A stretch of 64,000 nt of DNA from Parcubacteria group bacterium Gr01-1014_38. Its GTDB lineage: Bacteria; Patescibacteriota; Andersenbacteria; UBA10190; CAIZMI01. Positions 9,528 through 18,619 of this stretch are shown here, piece after piece. The stretch spans positions 70,988 through 134,987 of the forward strand of contig VMFP01000004.1 of the NCBI GenBank assembly GCA_007376145.1. The letters are read 5' to 3'. Within the stretch, counting starts at the first letter, position 1. Each line of letters opens with the position of its first letter. A program made the position numbers and the translations under genes. The notes beneath the pieces are model-generated. The model searched no databases, was not told where the DNA came from, and worked only from the letters and a program-made list of their open reading frames with translations.

Positions 9528-10352
9528 CTACGGTGCGTGATCTGGTTTCCGAAAGACTTTGCTCGGAAATCCCAGTTTTGCAAGCAAGAACGCTGCCAGC
9601 ACCCCGAGGGTCTGGACGGTGTACAGAATACTGTTTTTCAAACTCGCACCTCGCTTTTTGCCCGTGTACTGCACTTCGACGGGCACCTGACTCACCGCAC
9701 AGCGATGAAACGCTGCCTGCGCTAATAATTGCGCACTGAAGCTAAAGTCATCCGCGTTTGCGTGGTAGTTCACCTTTTCCAGCAGTGATCTGGCATACAC
9801 ACGAAATCCCTGATGATAATCACGAATCGGGAGACGAAGAACAATTGTGCAGAGAGCATCCAGCAGCATGACGACGGGGACTTTCCAGATGAACATGCCG
9901 CTCTTGATCGGATCGTGACCATCAGAAAATCTGTTCCCCAAGACGAATTCTGCTCCCCGCTCGATTTCTTGAAGGGCCGGCGCAATTGCAGAGGTTTTAT
10001 ATTCGCCGTCCGGATGAATATCCACGATGATGTCCGCTCCCTGCTCCAACGCGATATTCAATGCGCGCTTCAGATTCCCGCCGTATCCGCGGTTCACCTC
10101 ATTCCGATACGATTCAATGCCGAGCTCTTGAGCAAGGGCAAACGTCCGATCTTTCGATGCGTCGTCCACCAAGATGACGCGGTGGAAGAGTTCTTTTGGG
10201 AACACTCTCCAGAATTCCGCGAGCGCCTTTTCTGCATTGTAGGCAATGAAGATCGCGAAGAGCTTCGGCTGACCGCGTACAGACGCCCGTGCAGAAGCTC
10301 GCATAGTCTGGAGAGACGCGCGCGATGTTCCCGCGTGTTCCGCAACAGACAT
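9528..10352 (-). CDS. GT2 glycosyltransferase (polyprenol-phosphate sugar synthase-like) with C-terminal TM segment
   Basis: ...PKLFAIFIAYNAEKAL...VILVDDASKDRT...DIHPDGEY is a GT-A fold signature. A hydrophobic segment sits at the C-terminus. The alternative start is 10304. Confidence 0.7.
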   Translation of the reverse strand: MSVAEHAGTSRASLQTMRASARASVRGQPKLFAIFIAYNAEKALAEFWRVFPKELFHRVILVDDASKDRTFALAQELGIESYRNEVNRGYGGNLKRALNIALEQGADIIVDIHPDGEYKTSAIAPALQEIERGAEFVLGNRFSDGHDPIKSGMFIWKVPVVMLLDALCTIVLRLPIRDYHQGFRVYARSLLEKVNYHANADDFSFSAQLLAQAAFHRCAVSQVPVEVQYTGKKRGASLKNSILYTVQTLGVLAAFLLAKLGFPSKVFRKPDHAP

Positions 10353-10388
10353 TGTTCCTCAATGAAATGACGAAGATGACGTAAGCGA

Positions 10389-12173
10389 TCAGCGGGCCGC
10401 CTGAACGCTTTCTGCCACACCGTGTGTAGCGCGTGAGGATTCACGAACGGGCGCACGCGCGGCAAACCCTCCGATGATGAGCGTATCCACGCCGCCGCGA
10501 AGGAATTCTTTCACTGCGTCTTCTGGCGTACACACGATAGGCTCCTCGTGCTTGTTGAAACTCGTGTTGACACAGAGCGGCAAGCCAGTGAGCTCGTTGT
10601 ACCGACGCAGAGCGTCGGCGATGAGCGGCTGACGTCTCTCACTGACTGATTGCGGACGTGCCGTTCCGTCTTTGTGCACGATACCCGGAGCTTTCTGCTT
10701 CGCCTCCTCCGTACATTCGCAACAAATGGTCATGAACTTCGTGGCGTACGCAAACTTTGAAAAGTTCTTGAAGTACCGTGGAGCCGCATCTTCCAGAATC
10801 ATGGGCGCAAACGGCATAAACTCGGTACGCGCGAGTCTCTTGTTCAACCAATCCATCATTGTGGGGTCCGCCGGCTCTGCAAGAATCGAACGGTTGCCGA
10901 GTGCACGCGGACCGTATTCCATGCGGCCTTGATACACGCCGATCACACGTTTTGCCGCAAGTTCGCACGCGATGCGTTCCGCCGGATTGTCGAGCGTTTC
11001 AAGTGCAAGCCCGTGCTTCTGCGCGGCGGCGCGAATCGCAGACTCATCATACTGCGGACCGTAATACATGTGCTCCAGCAAGAACGGATGGAGCGGCGTG
11101 CGTTCGGCGGTGGCGAAGAACGCTGCTCCCGTACACAATCCTCCGTCTCCCATATGAGGAAAGATATGGATACTGTTGACTTCCGGAAGTTCGACAAGAA
11201 GCTGGTTGAGACGCACGTTCGCAAACGTTCCGCCCGCGAGGGCAATATCGCGAATCCCTGTGCGCTGAATCGCTGCGCGGAGAACATCAATATATGCCTC
11301 CTCAAGAACCTTCTGCGCCGCATACGCGAGTTCTTCGCGCGTGGCACCGGGAAGCACGTCCCGAATACGTTTCGCTTCTCCCAGCCAGACACGCCGTTCC
11401 TTGTTTTCAAATCGCAACGCGGAAGCATTTCCTCCGTAGAGCATTCGCAGGCGCGCGTACGCCTCCGGCGAGGGTTTGTATGCGGCAAGACCGGTAATTT
11501 TGCCGGCATGACGCGTCGGCTTGAACCCGCAGAGATGCGTGATAACGTCCCAAAACCGCCCGGAGGAATGCACGACGGACGCGTGCGCGATGCGCGTCAA
11601 GCGGCCGTCGCGACCGACGGAAACGGTGCCCGACACGCCGTCTCCCGAATAATCCGCTGTGAGCACAAGAACGGGATCGGTACCGGCGGTGAAATACGCG
11701 CTCGCCGCATGGCAGGCGTGATGATCGTAAAACCGCACTGGCGCCGTGATGCCATATGATCGCAGCGTCGCGCGGACGGCCGCTCGCGGACGCTGCAGCA
11801 TCCCGACGCCTTTCACGGCACGCGCGAACAGCGGCGAATCCGTCAGCGGTCCAAGTGTACGGGCAATCGTCTCGCCATGACGCTTCCACATATTAATTTT
11901 CTGCGCATCGAACGACAGCGCCATGGTTTCACCTACCTCAAATTTCGATTGACCGGAGATCGCCACGGCGTCAATACTGGCCGGCTCGACACCGGTCGTC
12001 TCAAAAAGATTACGAAGACTTTCGTTAGGAAATCCCCAATGAAACTTCTTTCGCGAGAAGCGCTCTTCGCTTGCCGCATAGACAAAGCGCCCGTCCTCAA
12101 GCAACGTCACTCCGCTGTCGTGCGCGTCGTGAAGACCAAGGACACGGAGCGGCTGCGTGCGCATGTACGCCAC
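10389..12173 (-). CDS. carbamoyltransferase, NodU/CmcH (NovN/TobZ) family
   Basis: The N-terminus LRVLGLHDAHDSGVTLLEDGRFVYAASEERFSRKK is the classic NodU/CmcH ASKHA opening. The C-terminal Kae1/YrdC-like part has HxH-type metal ligands (YDHHACHAASAYF). Confidence 0.8.
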   Translation of the reverse strand: MAYMRTQPLRVLGLHDAHDSGVTLLEDGRFVYAASEERFSRKKFHWGFPNESLRNLFETTGVEPASIDAVAISGQSKFEVGETMALSFDAQKINMWKRHGETIARTLGPLTDSPLFARAVKGVGMLQRPRAAVRATLRSYGITAPVRFYDHHACHAASAYFTAGTDPVLVLTADYSGDGVSGTVSVGRDGRLTRIAHASVVHSSGRFWDVITHLCGFKPTRHAGKITGLAAYKPSPEAYARLRMLYGGNASALRFENKERRVWLGEAKRIRDVLPGATREELAYAAQKVLEEAYIDVLRAAIQRTGIRDIALAGGTFANVRLNQLLVELPEVNSIHIFPHMGDGGLCTGAAFFATAERTPLHPFLLEHMYYGPQYDESAIRAAAQKHGLALETLDNPAERIACELAAKRVIGVYQGRMEYGPRALGNRSILAEPADPTMMDWLNKRLARTEFMPFAPMILEDAAPRYFKNFSKFAYATKFMTICCECTEEAKQKAPGIVHKDGTARPQSVSERRQPLIADALRRYNELTGLPLCVNTSFNKHEEPIVCTPEDAVKEFLRGGVDTLIIGGFAARAPVRESSRATHGVAESVQAAR

Positions 12174-12357
12174 TCACGGACAGTAAGCAGAAGGGCTACT
12201 TCGTGCAACTGCATGGTTCGTAACCGCTCACTGATGGGAAAGTGCCCAAAGAGAGATGCACCGAGCGGGTTTCGAGCGCGCAGTTCGCGCGAGACCCCGA
12301 TCCCTGCAGGGCGAGGAAAGCGAGAGGCGCCCTTCTTGGGCGCTCGTATGCTTTCTG

Positions 12358-14577
12358 TCAGTGGTCGTGTTCGCGCAGGGTAAGATCGGCAAGATGCATG
12401 ACAGCAGACGACGGAGCGGAAGGGAGAACAGCGATACCGACACGAACGGTTTTGAAACTCTTGGTTCCGATAGAACGCGCAATGCGATCCGTACCCGGAC
12501 CGCTATACACATCAATAGCGCCATCAGGACGGAAATCAAAGGCAAAGGTCAACGCACCTGTACCGCGAACTTCCCGCGGATGCAGCGCAACGGCAATGCC
12601 CCACCATGCATCCTTTGTCAGAAACGTTACTTCGGAAAGATTTGAGGGAAGATCAGGACGTATCGTCGCATCATCAAACAGAAGAACAAGCGCGACGGTA
12701 CCTCCGATCTCTTCGCCGTTTTTCCACCGTCGTTCGATGCCTGACAGATCGAGGCGAGCCTCAAGGAGACGATCTGCAAGCTCGGCGTTTGCCCATGTCC
12801 GTCGCGTGCGGAACAATCGGGAGCGGGTGAGGTCGAATGGCGCGTGCGGATCTGCGAATAGTTCTCCTTCTGTGCTCCACGAAGCAGGAAGCGTGTTCTC
12901 TCCTTTCCGCGCTTCCGGGGTCACGCGCTCATACAGCACATACACCGGATTCCAGATTTTGCGCGGGAGCGGACGACCGAACAGGACCGGCTCCCGACCA
13001 AACACCCGGTGGACGCGATACTGTTCGAGCAGCCGCGTAAACTCCGCGCGCACGTTCGGGTCATAGACCAGCTGGCGAAGATCGGGGTCGTAGTTGTCTG
13101 GCTCTTGTTGGGCAACGAGATACCGGACAGATGTTGCTCGATAGACAGTGGTTGCATTCCCCTGCCATTTCCGCAGCAGCGGAGCTATCTGAAGACGGGA
13201 ACGATCGAGGGGAAGGCCGTGTCGCGTGCCCGGCTCAAAATCTCCCACCGCCTCTCCTTCGCTCATCGTGTCACGGAGATACGTCGCCACCTGTTCCCGA
13301 ACGTCGGCACCGACGGCAAATGAGGGAAACTGCGCGAGCGTGATGCTTGCGGTCGCGGCAACCATCACCCCGCCGAACACCGTGGCCGCCCAACGTACTG
13401 CCTGGGGAATGCGCATACCTGGCACCGCGGCAGCCGCGATCAGAGACGGAAACAGCACGACAAAAGGAATAAAGGGAATAAGATAGCGATCGGAATAGGC
13501 GGGAAAGAAACTTAAGCTCCAGAACATAAGGAACGCTGATGCAAGCACGAGCAGGTGGCGAGCGCCTAGACCCGCCCGAAGCGCGAGAAGCGTACTCCCG
13601 ATGAACGCGGCGGCCATGACCGGGAATACCCACCGAAGCGCTGGCCCGGCAACAACAGTGAGAAACATCTTATTCGGTCGCGTGAAGGCATTCCACGTCG
13701 CGCGGAGCGTTGCCACGGTCGGCGGCGGAAACTGCGGTGTGTTATTCGGCAGCGTCGTCTGGATCCCCCACCACCGCGCGAAACCCATGTAGGGGTAGGG
13801 GAAAAGGAGAAGAAAGACCACGACGGAAGTTGCGAGAGAGATGGCCAGATTTCGGAGAGCGCTCTTCCATCGCGGCTTCCGCCAGATCCAGGCACAGAGA
13901 TGCGCAAGAAGGAGAATCGCGGTGAACGGAAGCGCGGAACTTTTGAAAGCGAAGGCTGCACCGGTCAGGAGACCTCCCGCTGCTGCGGCTTTCCACCCTC
14001 CGCGCTCGATGATGCGGAATCCAGCAAGAAGCAAGAGCGTCAGAAATGTCGCAAGGGGAACTTCGCTTTTGATGAGTTGGGAATATCCCCAGTGCCCGGG
14101 GAGAAATACCAAGAGCGCCAATGTAAAGAGACCGGCGCGCGTCCCTCCCAGCGCGCGACCAAGAAGATAGATGGCAACGAGACCGAGGATGCCGAAGACG
14201 CTCACCAATAATCGAGGGATGACATACTCGACGATCTGATTCTGTCCCGCGTTGATTCCGAGTACCTGCGTGAGCGCAACCAGCGGACGACTGAACAAGC
14301 GATAGATAAAGATTCCCTGAATAATCTCGTAATCACTGTAGGTGGTCCAGTATTCTTGCCATGGAATCTGCAGCGCATAGAGCGCATGCACTTCGTCGTG
14401 GACGGGGGAAGAATGCGAGACCGTGTGAGAAACTCCCCAATCAAGACCGCCCATACGCAGAACAATGCCAACACCAAGGAGCGCCCAAAATATTGCGCGC
14501 GGAAACCGCTGTTCCGGAAGCGGAAATGCCGCCAGAACGCGCGTGATCCAGCTACTGAAGCGAACGCGTTGAGACAT
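12358..14577 (-). CDS. GT-C fold membrane glycosyltransferase, ArnT/PMT_2-like (GT39/GT83 type)
   Basis: 739 aa. The first loop has HDEVHALYALQ (DE motif). It has more than 10 predicted TM helices followed by a large C-terminal soluble domain. Confidence 0.65.
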   Translation of the reverse strand: MSQRVRFSSWITRVLAAFPLPEQRFPRAIFWALLGVGIVLRMGGLDWGVSHTVSHSSPVHDEVHALYALQIPWQEYWTTYSDYEIIQGIFIYRLFSRPLVALTQVLGINAGQNQIVEYVIPRLLVSVFGILGLVAIYLLGRALGGTRAGLFTLALLVFLPGHWGYSQLIKSEVPLATFLTLLLLAGFRIIERGGWKAAAAGGLLTGAAFAFKSSALPFTAILLLAHLCAWIWRKPRWKSALRNLAISLATSVVVFLLLFPYPYMGFARWWGIQTTLPNNTPQFPPPTVATLRATWNAFTRPNKMFLTVVAGPALRWVFPVMAAAFIGSTLLALRAGLGARHLLVLASAFLMFWSLSFFPAYSDRYLIPFIPFVVLFPSLIAAAAVPGMRIPQAVRWAATVFGGVMVAATASITLAQFPSFAVGADVREQVATYLRDTMSEGEAVGDFEPGTRHGLPLDRSRLQIAPLLRKWQGNATTVYRATSVRYLVAQQEPDNYDPDLRQLVYDPNVRAEFTRLLEQYRVHRVFGREPVLFGRPLPRKIWNPVYVLYERVTPEARKGENTLPASWSTEGELFADPHAPFDLTRSRLFRTRRTWANAELADRLLEARLDLSGIERRWKNGEEIGGTVALVLLFDDATIRPDLPSNLSEVTFLTKDAWWGIAVALHPREVRGTGALTFAFDFRPDGAIDVYSGPGTDRIARSIGTKSFKTVRVGIAVLPSAPSSAVMHLADLTLREHDH

Positions 14578-14582
14578 ACACC

Positions 14583-16112
14583 TTACTCTGTCTGGTCCTG
14601 ATTCTCGTACACCCAGGCATACGGCAAACCGTTAATGGTGACGACAGAGAGCGGAGTTACCCGTCCCAGATATCGTTGAAGGAACGCCGTCTCGTAGCTA
14701 TCGTTCGACCGTTCGAACATGCTTCGGTACAGCACCACATATCTGAACCCTGGCTCGTGAGAACGCACCAGGCGCTCAACTTGGCCATGGTAAAATTTCG
14801 CGAGAACCCGGGGATAATACGAGACCACTGGAACGCCAGCGTCAGGCTGTGCGTTCAAAAACTCGGCGGCGTGCTCCAACCCTTCACCCCATCCCAGCTT
14901 TCGGTTTTCTCTGATAGGAAACAAGCGATTGTAGTGAGCGAGAGGGTAGGGATGGAGACGCTGAACTTCCCAAGCGTTGAGAACAAGAAAGAGACCGGCG
15001 ACGACGGCACGCGCTGCCCATGGGCGAGCGGAAGGCGCCATGCGCCCCAGAAATCCCCCCAGAGCCGACGCCCCAGACATTGCAAGGAGATCAGCGGCGA
15101 GAAAGAGGATGAGAATCCAACGGTCACTCTTGGTGGAAAAAACACTGATGACCCCGGCATACCCCGCGGCGAGGAGAAAAACGGTGAGTGCGACAGCGTG
15201 CAGGTCCGAGAGGGAGTCAGATACCGCTGTTGATTGCGGTGCGCGACGCGCCCTCCGCTTCATGTGTGCGAGCGCCGTGAGCATACCAATGGGCGCGAGC
15301 ACGGTCACGACGGGAGTTGTGCGGAAGAGAAACTCTCGCGGGTAATACCACCAGCGTTCTTCGCCACCGCGACCGCGCGCCTCCCCCAGAGAAATACCTG
15401 CTTGCTTATAAAACGCGTCGATGTTGGTTTTGGTGGGAACCCACAGCGCCGGCCAAAGAGCAATAATGGTGATGATGCTCGCGAGCGCCCAGACTGCCGC
15501 GAGGCGAATCCACGACCGCAAGGATGAAGAAGAAAACCGAAGAAGCAATAGGCAGCCGACGAGGAAGATCGCGCCATGGAGTTTCGTGAGGAGTACAAAG
15601 CCGGCAGTCACGCCACTCATGACCAAATACCGACGCGCCCGCGTTCGTTGGTAGAGCATAAGAAGCAGCGTGGTGAGGAGAAGAAAAAGCGCCAGTAGCG
15701 CATCGGTATGAACCACCCGGCTATGGGCTACCAGGAACGGATCGAGGGCGAGCGCCGCGGCCATGGCAAGCCCGACCCAGAAAGAGGTGAGTTTCACCAG
15801 GAGATACGCGCTGACGAACAGCGCACAAGAAACAGCGAAAGCGATCGCTCCCTGCGAAGCGGCAAGAGACTGAAACTGATCAGCAACTCCCGCGAGCCAG
15901 GCGGTCGTGACGCCCGGATGAATATTCGTAAACGTCTTCCCAACATCGAGTGTCGCGAGTCCCTCGATAAACTTTGCGCCGCGGGCAATCCAGAGCGGTT
16001 CGTCAATTGTGAGGGAGGTTCCGAGGCCGGCAAGACGCGGCACAAGAACCATGATCGCAAAGATCCCAATCGCACACGCGCGGCGAAGGTCTACGGGAAA
16101 GTGGACGCGCAC
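14583..16112 (-). CDS. GT-C fold membrane glycosyltransferase, ArnT/PMT_2-like
   Basis: 509 aa. It has the TIDEPLWIARG motif and many TM helices. It is tandem to the previous GT-C gene. Confidence 0.6.
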   Translation of the reverse strand: MRVHFPVDLRRACAIGIFAIMVLVPRLAGLGTSLTIDEPLWIARGAKFIEGLATLDVGKTFTNIHPGVTTAWLAGVADQFQSLAASQGAIAFAVSCALFVSAYLLVKLTSFWVGLAMAAALALDPFLVAHSRVVHTDALLALFLLLTTLLLMLYQRTRARRYLVMSGVTAGFVLLTKLHGAIFLVGCLLLLRFSSSSLRSWIRLAAVWALASIITIIALWPALWVPTKTNIDAFYKQAGISLGEARGRGGEERWWYYPREFLFRTTPVVTVLAPIGMLTALAHMKRRARRAPQSTAVSDSLSDLHAVALTVFLLAAGYAGVISVFSTKSDRWILILFLAADLLAMSGASALGGFLGRMAPSARPWAARAVVAGLFLVLNAWEVQRLHPYPLAHYNRLFPIRENRKLGWGEGLEHAAEFLNAQPDAGVPVVSYYPRVLAKFYHGQVERLVRSHEPGFRYVVLYRSMFERSNDSYETAFLQRYLGRVTPLSVVTINGLPYAWVYENQDQTE

Positions 16113-16119
16113 GCCAGGA

Positions 16120-16821
16120 ATGCTACACTACCGACTCATGCGTTTCCAGGATCTCGTAAAGCACTTGCCAGTTGATTTGGGACAAGGAACGTACCGGCAC
16201 ACGACCAAAGCAAAACTCATTGCATACAGACTAGCGGGAACGGGAAACGGAAAACGCGCTCTTGATTTGGGCTGCGGGGACGGGTTTTGGTCGGCGAAAC
16301 TTCGAGAACGCGGCTGGGACGTGACTGCGGCAAACTATCAAGACACACGCTGCCCGGGTGTAATGGAAGTGAATGTGGAGTTGCCGCTGCCATTTCCCTC
16401 CAATTCGTTTGACCTTGTATGGATGGTAGAAGTTCTCGAACACGTCCAAAATATTCCTAACTGCACCCGGGAAGTCCGAAGAGTTCTTCGGCCCAACGGA
16501 CGCATTATTCTTACCACGCCGAATTCCGCATTTTGGCTGTATCGCGTTCTACAGCTGTTTGGTATTACTCCGGCGCAAATTCAAAACCCCGATCACAAGC
16601 AGTTTTTCTCACTCCGGGACATCCGGGCGCTTTTCCCGGAGGCAGACATCTACGGCTTCTTCCCCTACGCCGTGCTCAAGTTCACCATCCGCCGCGGGAT
16701 TGGCCGCCTGTCTCCCACGTTCGTGGTTATTGACCGCGCACCCCGTGCAGCTGCGTCACAGCGTCCCTCTCTCGACGAGACGGATCAGGAAGCGCACGCG
16801 TCGATGCGCGCGCCCGCCTAG
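16120..16821 (+). CDS. class I SAM-dependent methyltransferase
   Basis: ALDLGCGDGFWSAKLRERGWDV is motif I. The start is trimmed to the first ATG after the divergent gene (16120). The alternative start is 16138. Confidence 0.6.
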   Translation: MLHYRLMRFQDLVKHLPVDLGQGTYRHTTKAKLIAYRLAGTGNGKRALDLGCGDGFWSAKLRERGWDVTAANYQDTRCPGVMEVNVELPLPFPSNSFDLVWMVEVLEHVQNIPNCTREVRRVLRPNGRIILTTPNSAFWLYRVLQLFGITPAQIQNPDHKQFFSLRDIRALFPEADIYGFFPYAVLKFTIRRGIGRLSPTFVVIDRAPRAAASQRPSLDETDQEAHASMRAPA

Positions 16822-16890
16822 TGCCGCGGTGCCTGCGCCAAGGACCCGCGTCGGACTCCCTCGGACGACCGCCGCGACGAGAGTCCACCA

Positions 16891-17835
16891 TCATTCCACC
16901 GGCGGTTTAAAGCATGAAATTTCCAGGACGGAACCCATACCAGTGATATCGAACACACCGTACAGCGCATGACGCAGAGCGCGAATGCCGGCCCCCACCA
17001 GCGATCGGCGGTAGACGTGCTGGACATAGTCGTTACGAACTCGCTCTCCCGCGCGCCGAAAAATGAGTTCGAGGAGCGTTTCGGGAATCCCGTAGCTCCG
17101 AATGGAAATGTCAGCAAACCCAAGCCGTTCAAGCATGGTGCGGGCGGATCGTCGAGAAAAAAAGAGCAGATGGAGCGGCGGGTGACCGCCGATCCAACGA
17201 TCAATTCCGAGGAGAATGGTCAGAGACTGGACATTGGGAAGCCCGGAAATAAACAAGAGTCCTCCGTTTTTGAGGAGCCGCTGGAGGTACACGACATAGC
17301 GCTCTGGCTCCGCGATATGCTCCAAGACACTCGCCATAAAAACGGCATCGAACGACCCCGCCTCCAACCGAGCCTCGAACAGGGAACAGCGCTGAATACC
17401 CAGACGCTCATCCTTTTCGGATGAACGGACCCAATCTCCTGGGTCAACGCCCGCTGTTTCCCAACCCTCCGCTGCAGCGATCTCGAGAAACTGCCCTCCG
17501 CCGCACCCCAGTTCAAAAATTTTTCCCTTCCTCTGAAGGATCCGGTGCAGCCGACCAAGCTGTTCCCGCGCTTTTTCCGCGATCCATACTCTCTCGCCGC
17601 CCAGGAAGCAGTCGGTGTCCAGGTACTCCGTGTGAAAAAAATTGTCGTATTCGTCCCTGGGAAGCGCATACGCGGCGAGCAGCGACGCCTCCGACGGACG
17701 CGGGGAGACGTAAATCATCCCGCAGACGGTGCATTTCTCCAGCCGCCAGCCGTTCAACGTCTTCCACTGCCGACTGTTGTTCCGTCCGCAGGCCGGGCAT
17801 CGAAGGACGGATACCGTTTCCGTCGGGAATGTCAT
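16891..17835 (-). CDS. class I SAM-dependent methyltransferase with N-terminal Zn-ribbon
   Basis: CPACG...CTVCG ribbon, then ELGCGGGQFLEIAAAEG. The start is ambiguous: 17835, 17862 or 17970. Confidence 0.6.
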   Translation of the reverse strand: MTFPTETVSVLRCPACGRNNSRQWKTLNGWRLEKCTVCGMIYVSPRPSEASLLAAYALPRDEYDNFFHTEYLDTDCFLGGERVWIAEKAREQLGRLHRILQRKGKIFELGCGGGQFLEIAAAEGWETAGVDPGDWVRSSEKDERLGIQRCSLFEARLEAGSFDAVFMASVLEHIAEPERYVVYLQRLLKNGGLLFISGLPNVQSLTILLGIDRWIGGHPPLHLLFFSRRSARTMLERLGFADISIRSYGIPETLLELIFRRAGERVRNDYVQHVYRRSLVGAGIRALRHALYGVFDITGMGSVLEISCFKPPVE

Positions 17836-17902
17836 CCGACCCCCGCTCTGCTCGCCACACATCCTCGTCCAACCAGTGCAAAAGGTCTTGGCCCAGAGAC
17901 GC

Positions 17903-18619
17903 TCATGGCTTTCGCGCGACGGCTGCGTAGTGAAGGGCGAAGAGCTTCCGGCGATCCGTGTGCCCATCAAACCACAGTGCGAGAGCGTTGGAAGCCCGGA
18001 GGAGACCAGACGTCAGAGGCCAGATCACGGGAACTCCGTACGCGAGCCCAACCAGGAACGTCGCGGGGATCAACTGCAGAAAACAGAATATTCCCCCGGA
18101 TGGCTCCAGAGAAAGTACTGCGAACCCCCCGTCTTCGAGAAGGCGACGAAGCCCATACGTAGTATACCGATAAAAATCGTTCGGCTCGTTGTGAAGATAT
18201 CCAAGATGCGGCACGGTGATAATCAGCTTTCCGCCGGGGCGAAGGACACGGCGGATTTCCGCAAGCGCCCTTCTCGGGTCAGGGATATGTTCGAGAACCT
18301 CCGCACACAGAACCGTGTCGAAACTCCCATCCGGAAGCGGCATGGCCTGGACGTCCCCAAGGTAGTCGAGCGCTGGGTGAGTGCGGGTGACGTCGAGACT
18401 GCGATACTCCTGCACATGAGGGAGAAGCACCGATCGGTAGGTGAGCGTTCCAGCACCGGCATCAAGTGCACGCCCGCGGGCATGGGCGGCGGCTGCGCGG
18501 CGCACATCCCGGAGAAGCGCCAGACCCGCGGCGCTTCGCGCCCAAAATGCCTCCGTCCCCGCAAGGTCCGTGGAGGACTGCGCCCACTGTCGCTTGATGC
18601 GCTCGTGTAACGAACTCAT
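17903..18619 (-). CDS. class I SAM-dependent methyltransferase (Methyltransf_11-like)
   Basis: RALDAGAGTLTYRS...VLCAEVLEHIPDP...LRPGGKLII. Confidence 0.7.
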   Translation of the reverse strand: MSSLHERIKRQWAQSSTDLAGTEAFWARSAAGLALLRDVRRAAAAHARGRALDAGAGTLTYRSVLLPHVQEYRSLDVTRTHPALDYLGDVQAMPLPDGSFDTVLCAEVLEHIPDPRRALAEIRRVLRPGGKLIITVPHLGYLHNEPNDFYRYTTYGLRRLLEDGGFAVLSLEPSGGIFCFLQLIPATFLVGLAYGVPVIWPLTSGLLRASNALALWFDGHTDRRKLFALHYAAVARKP

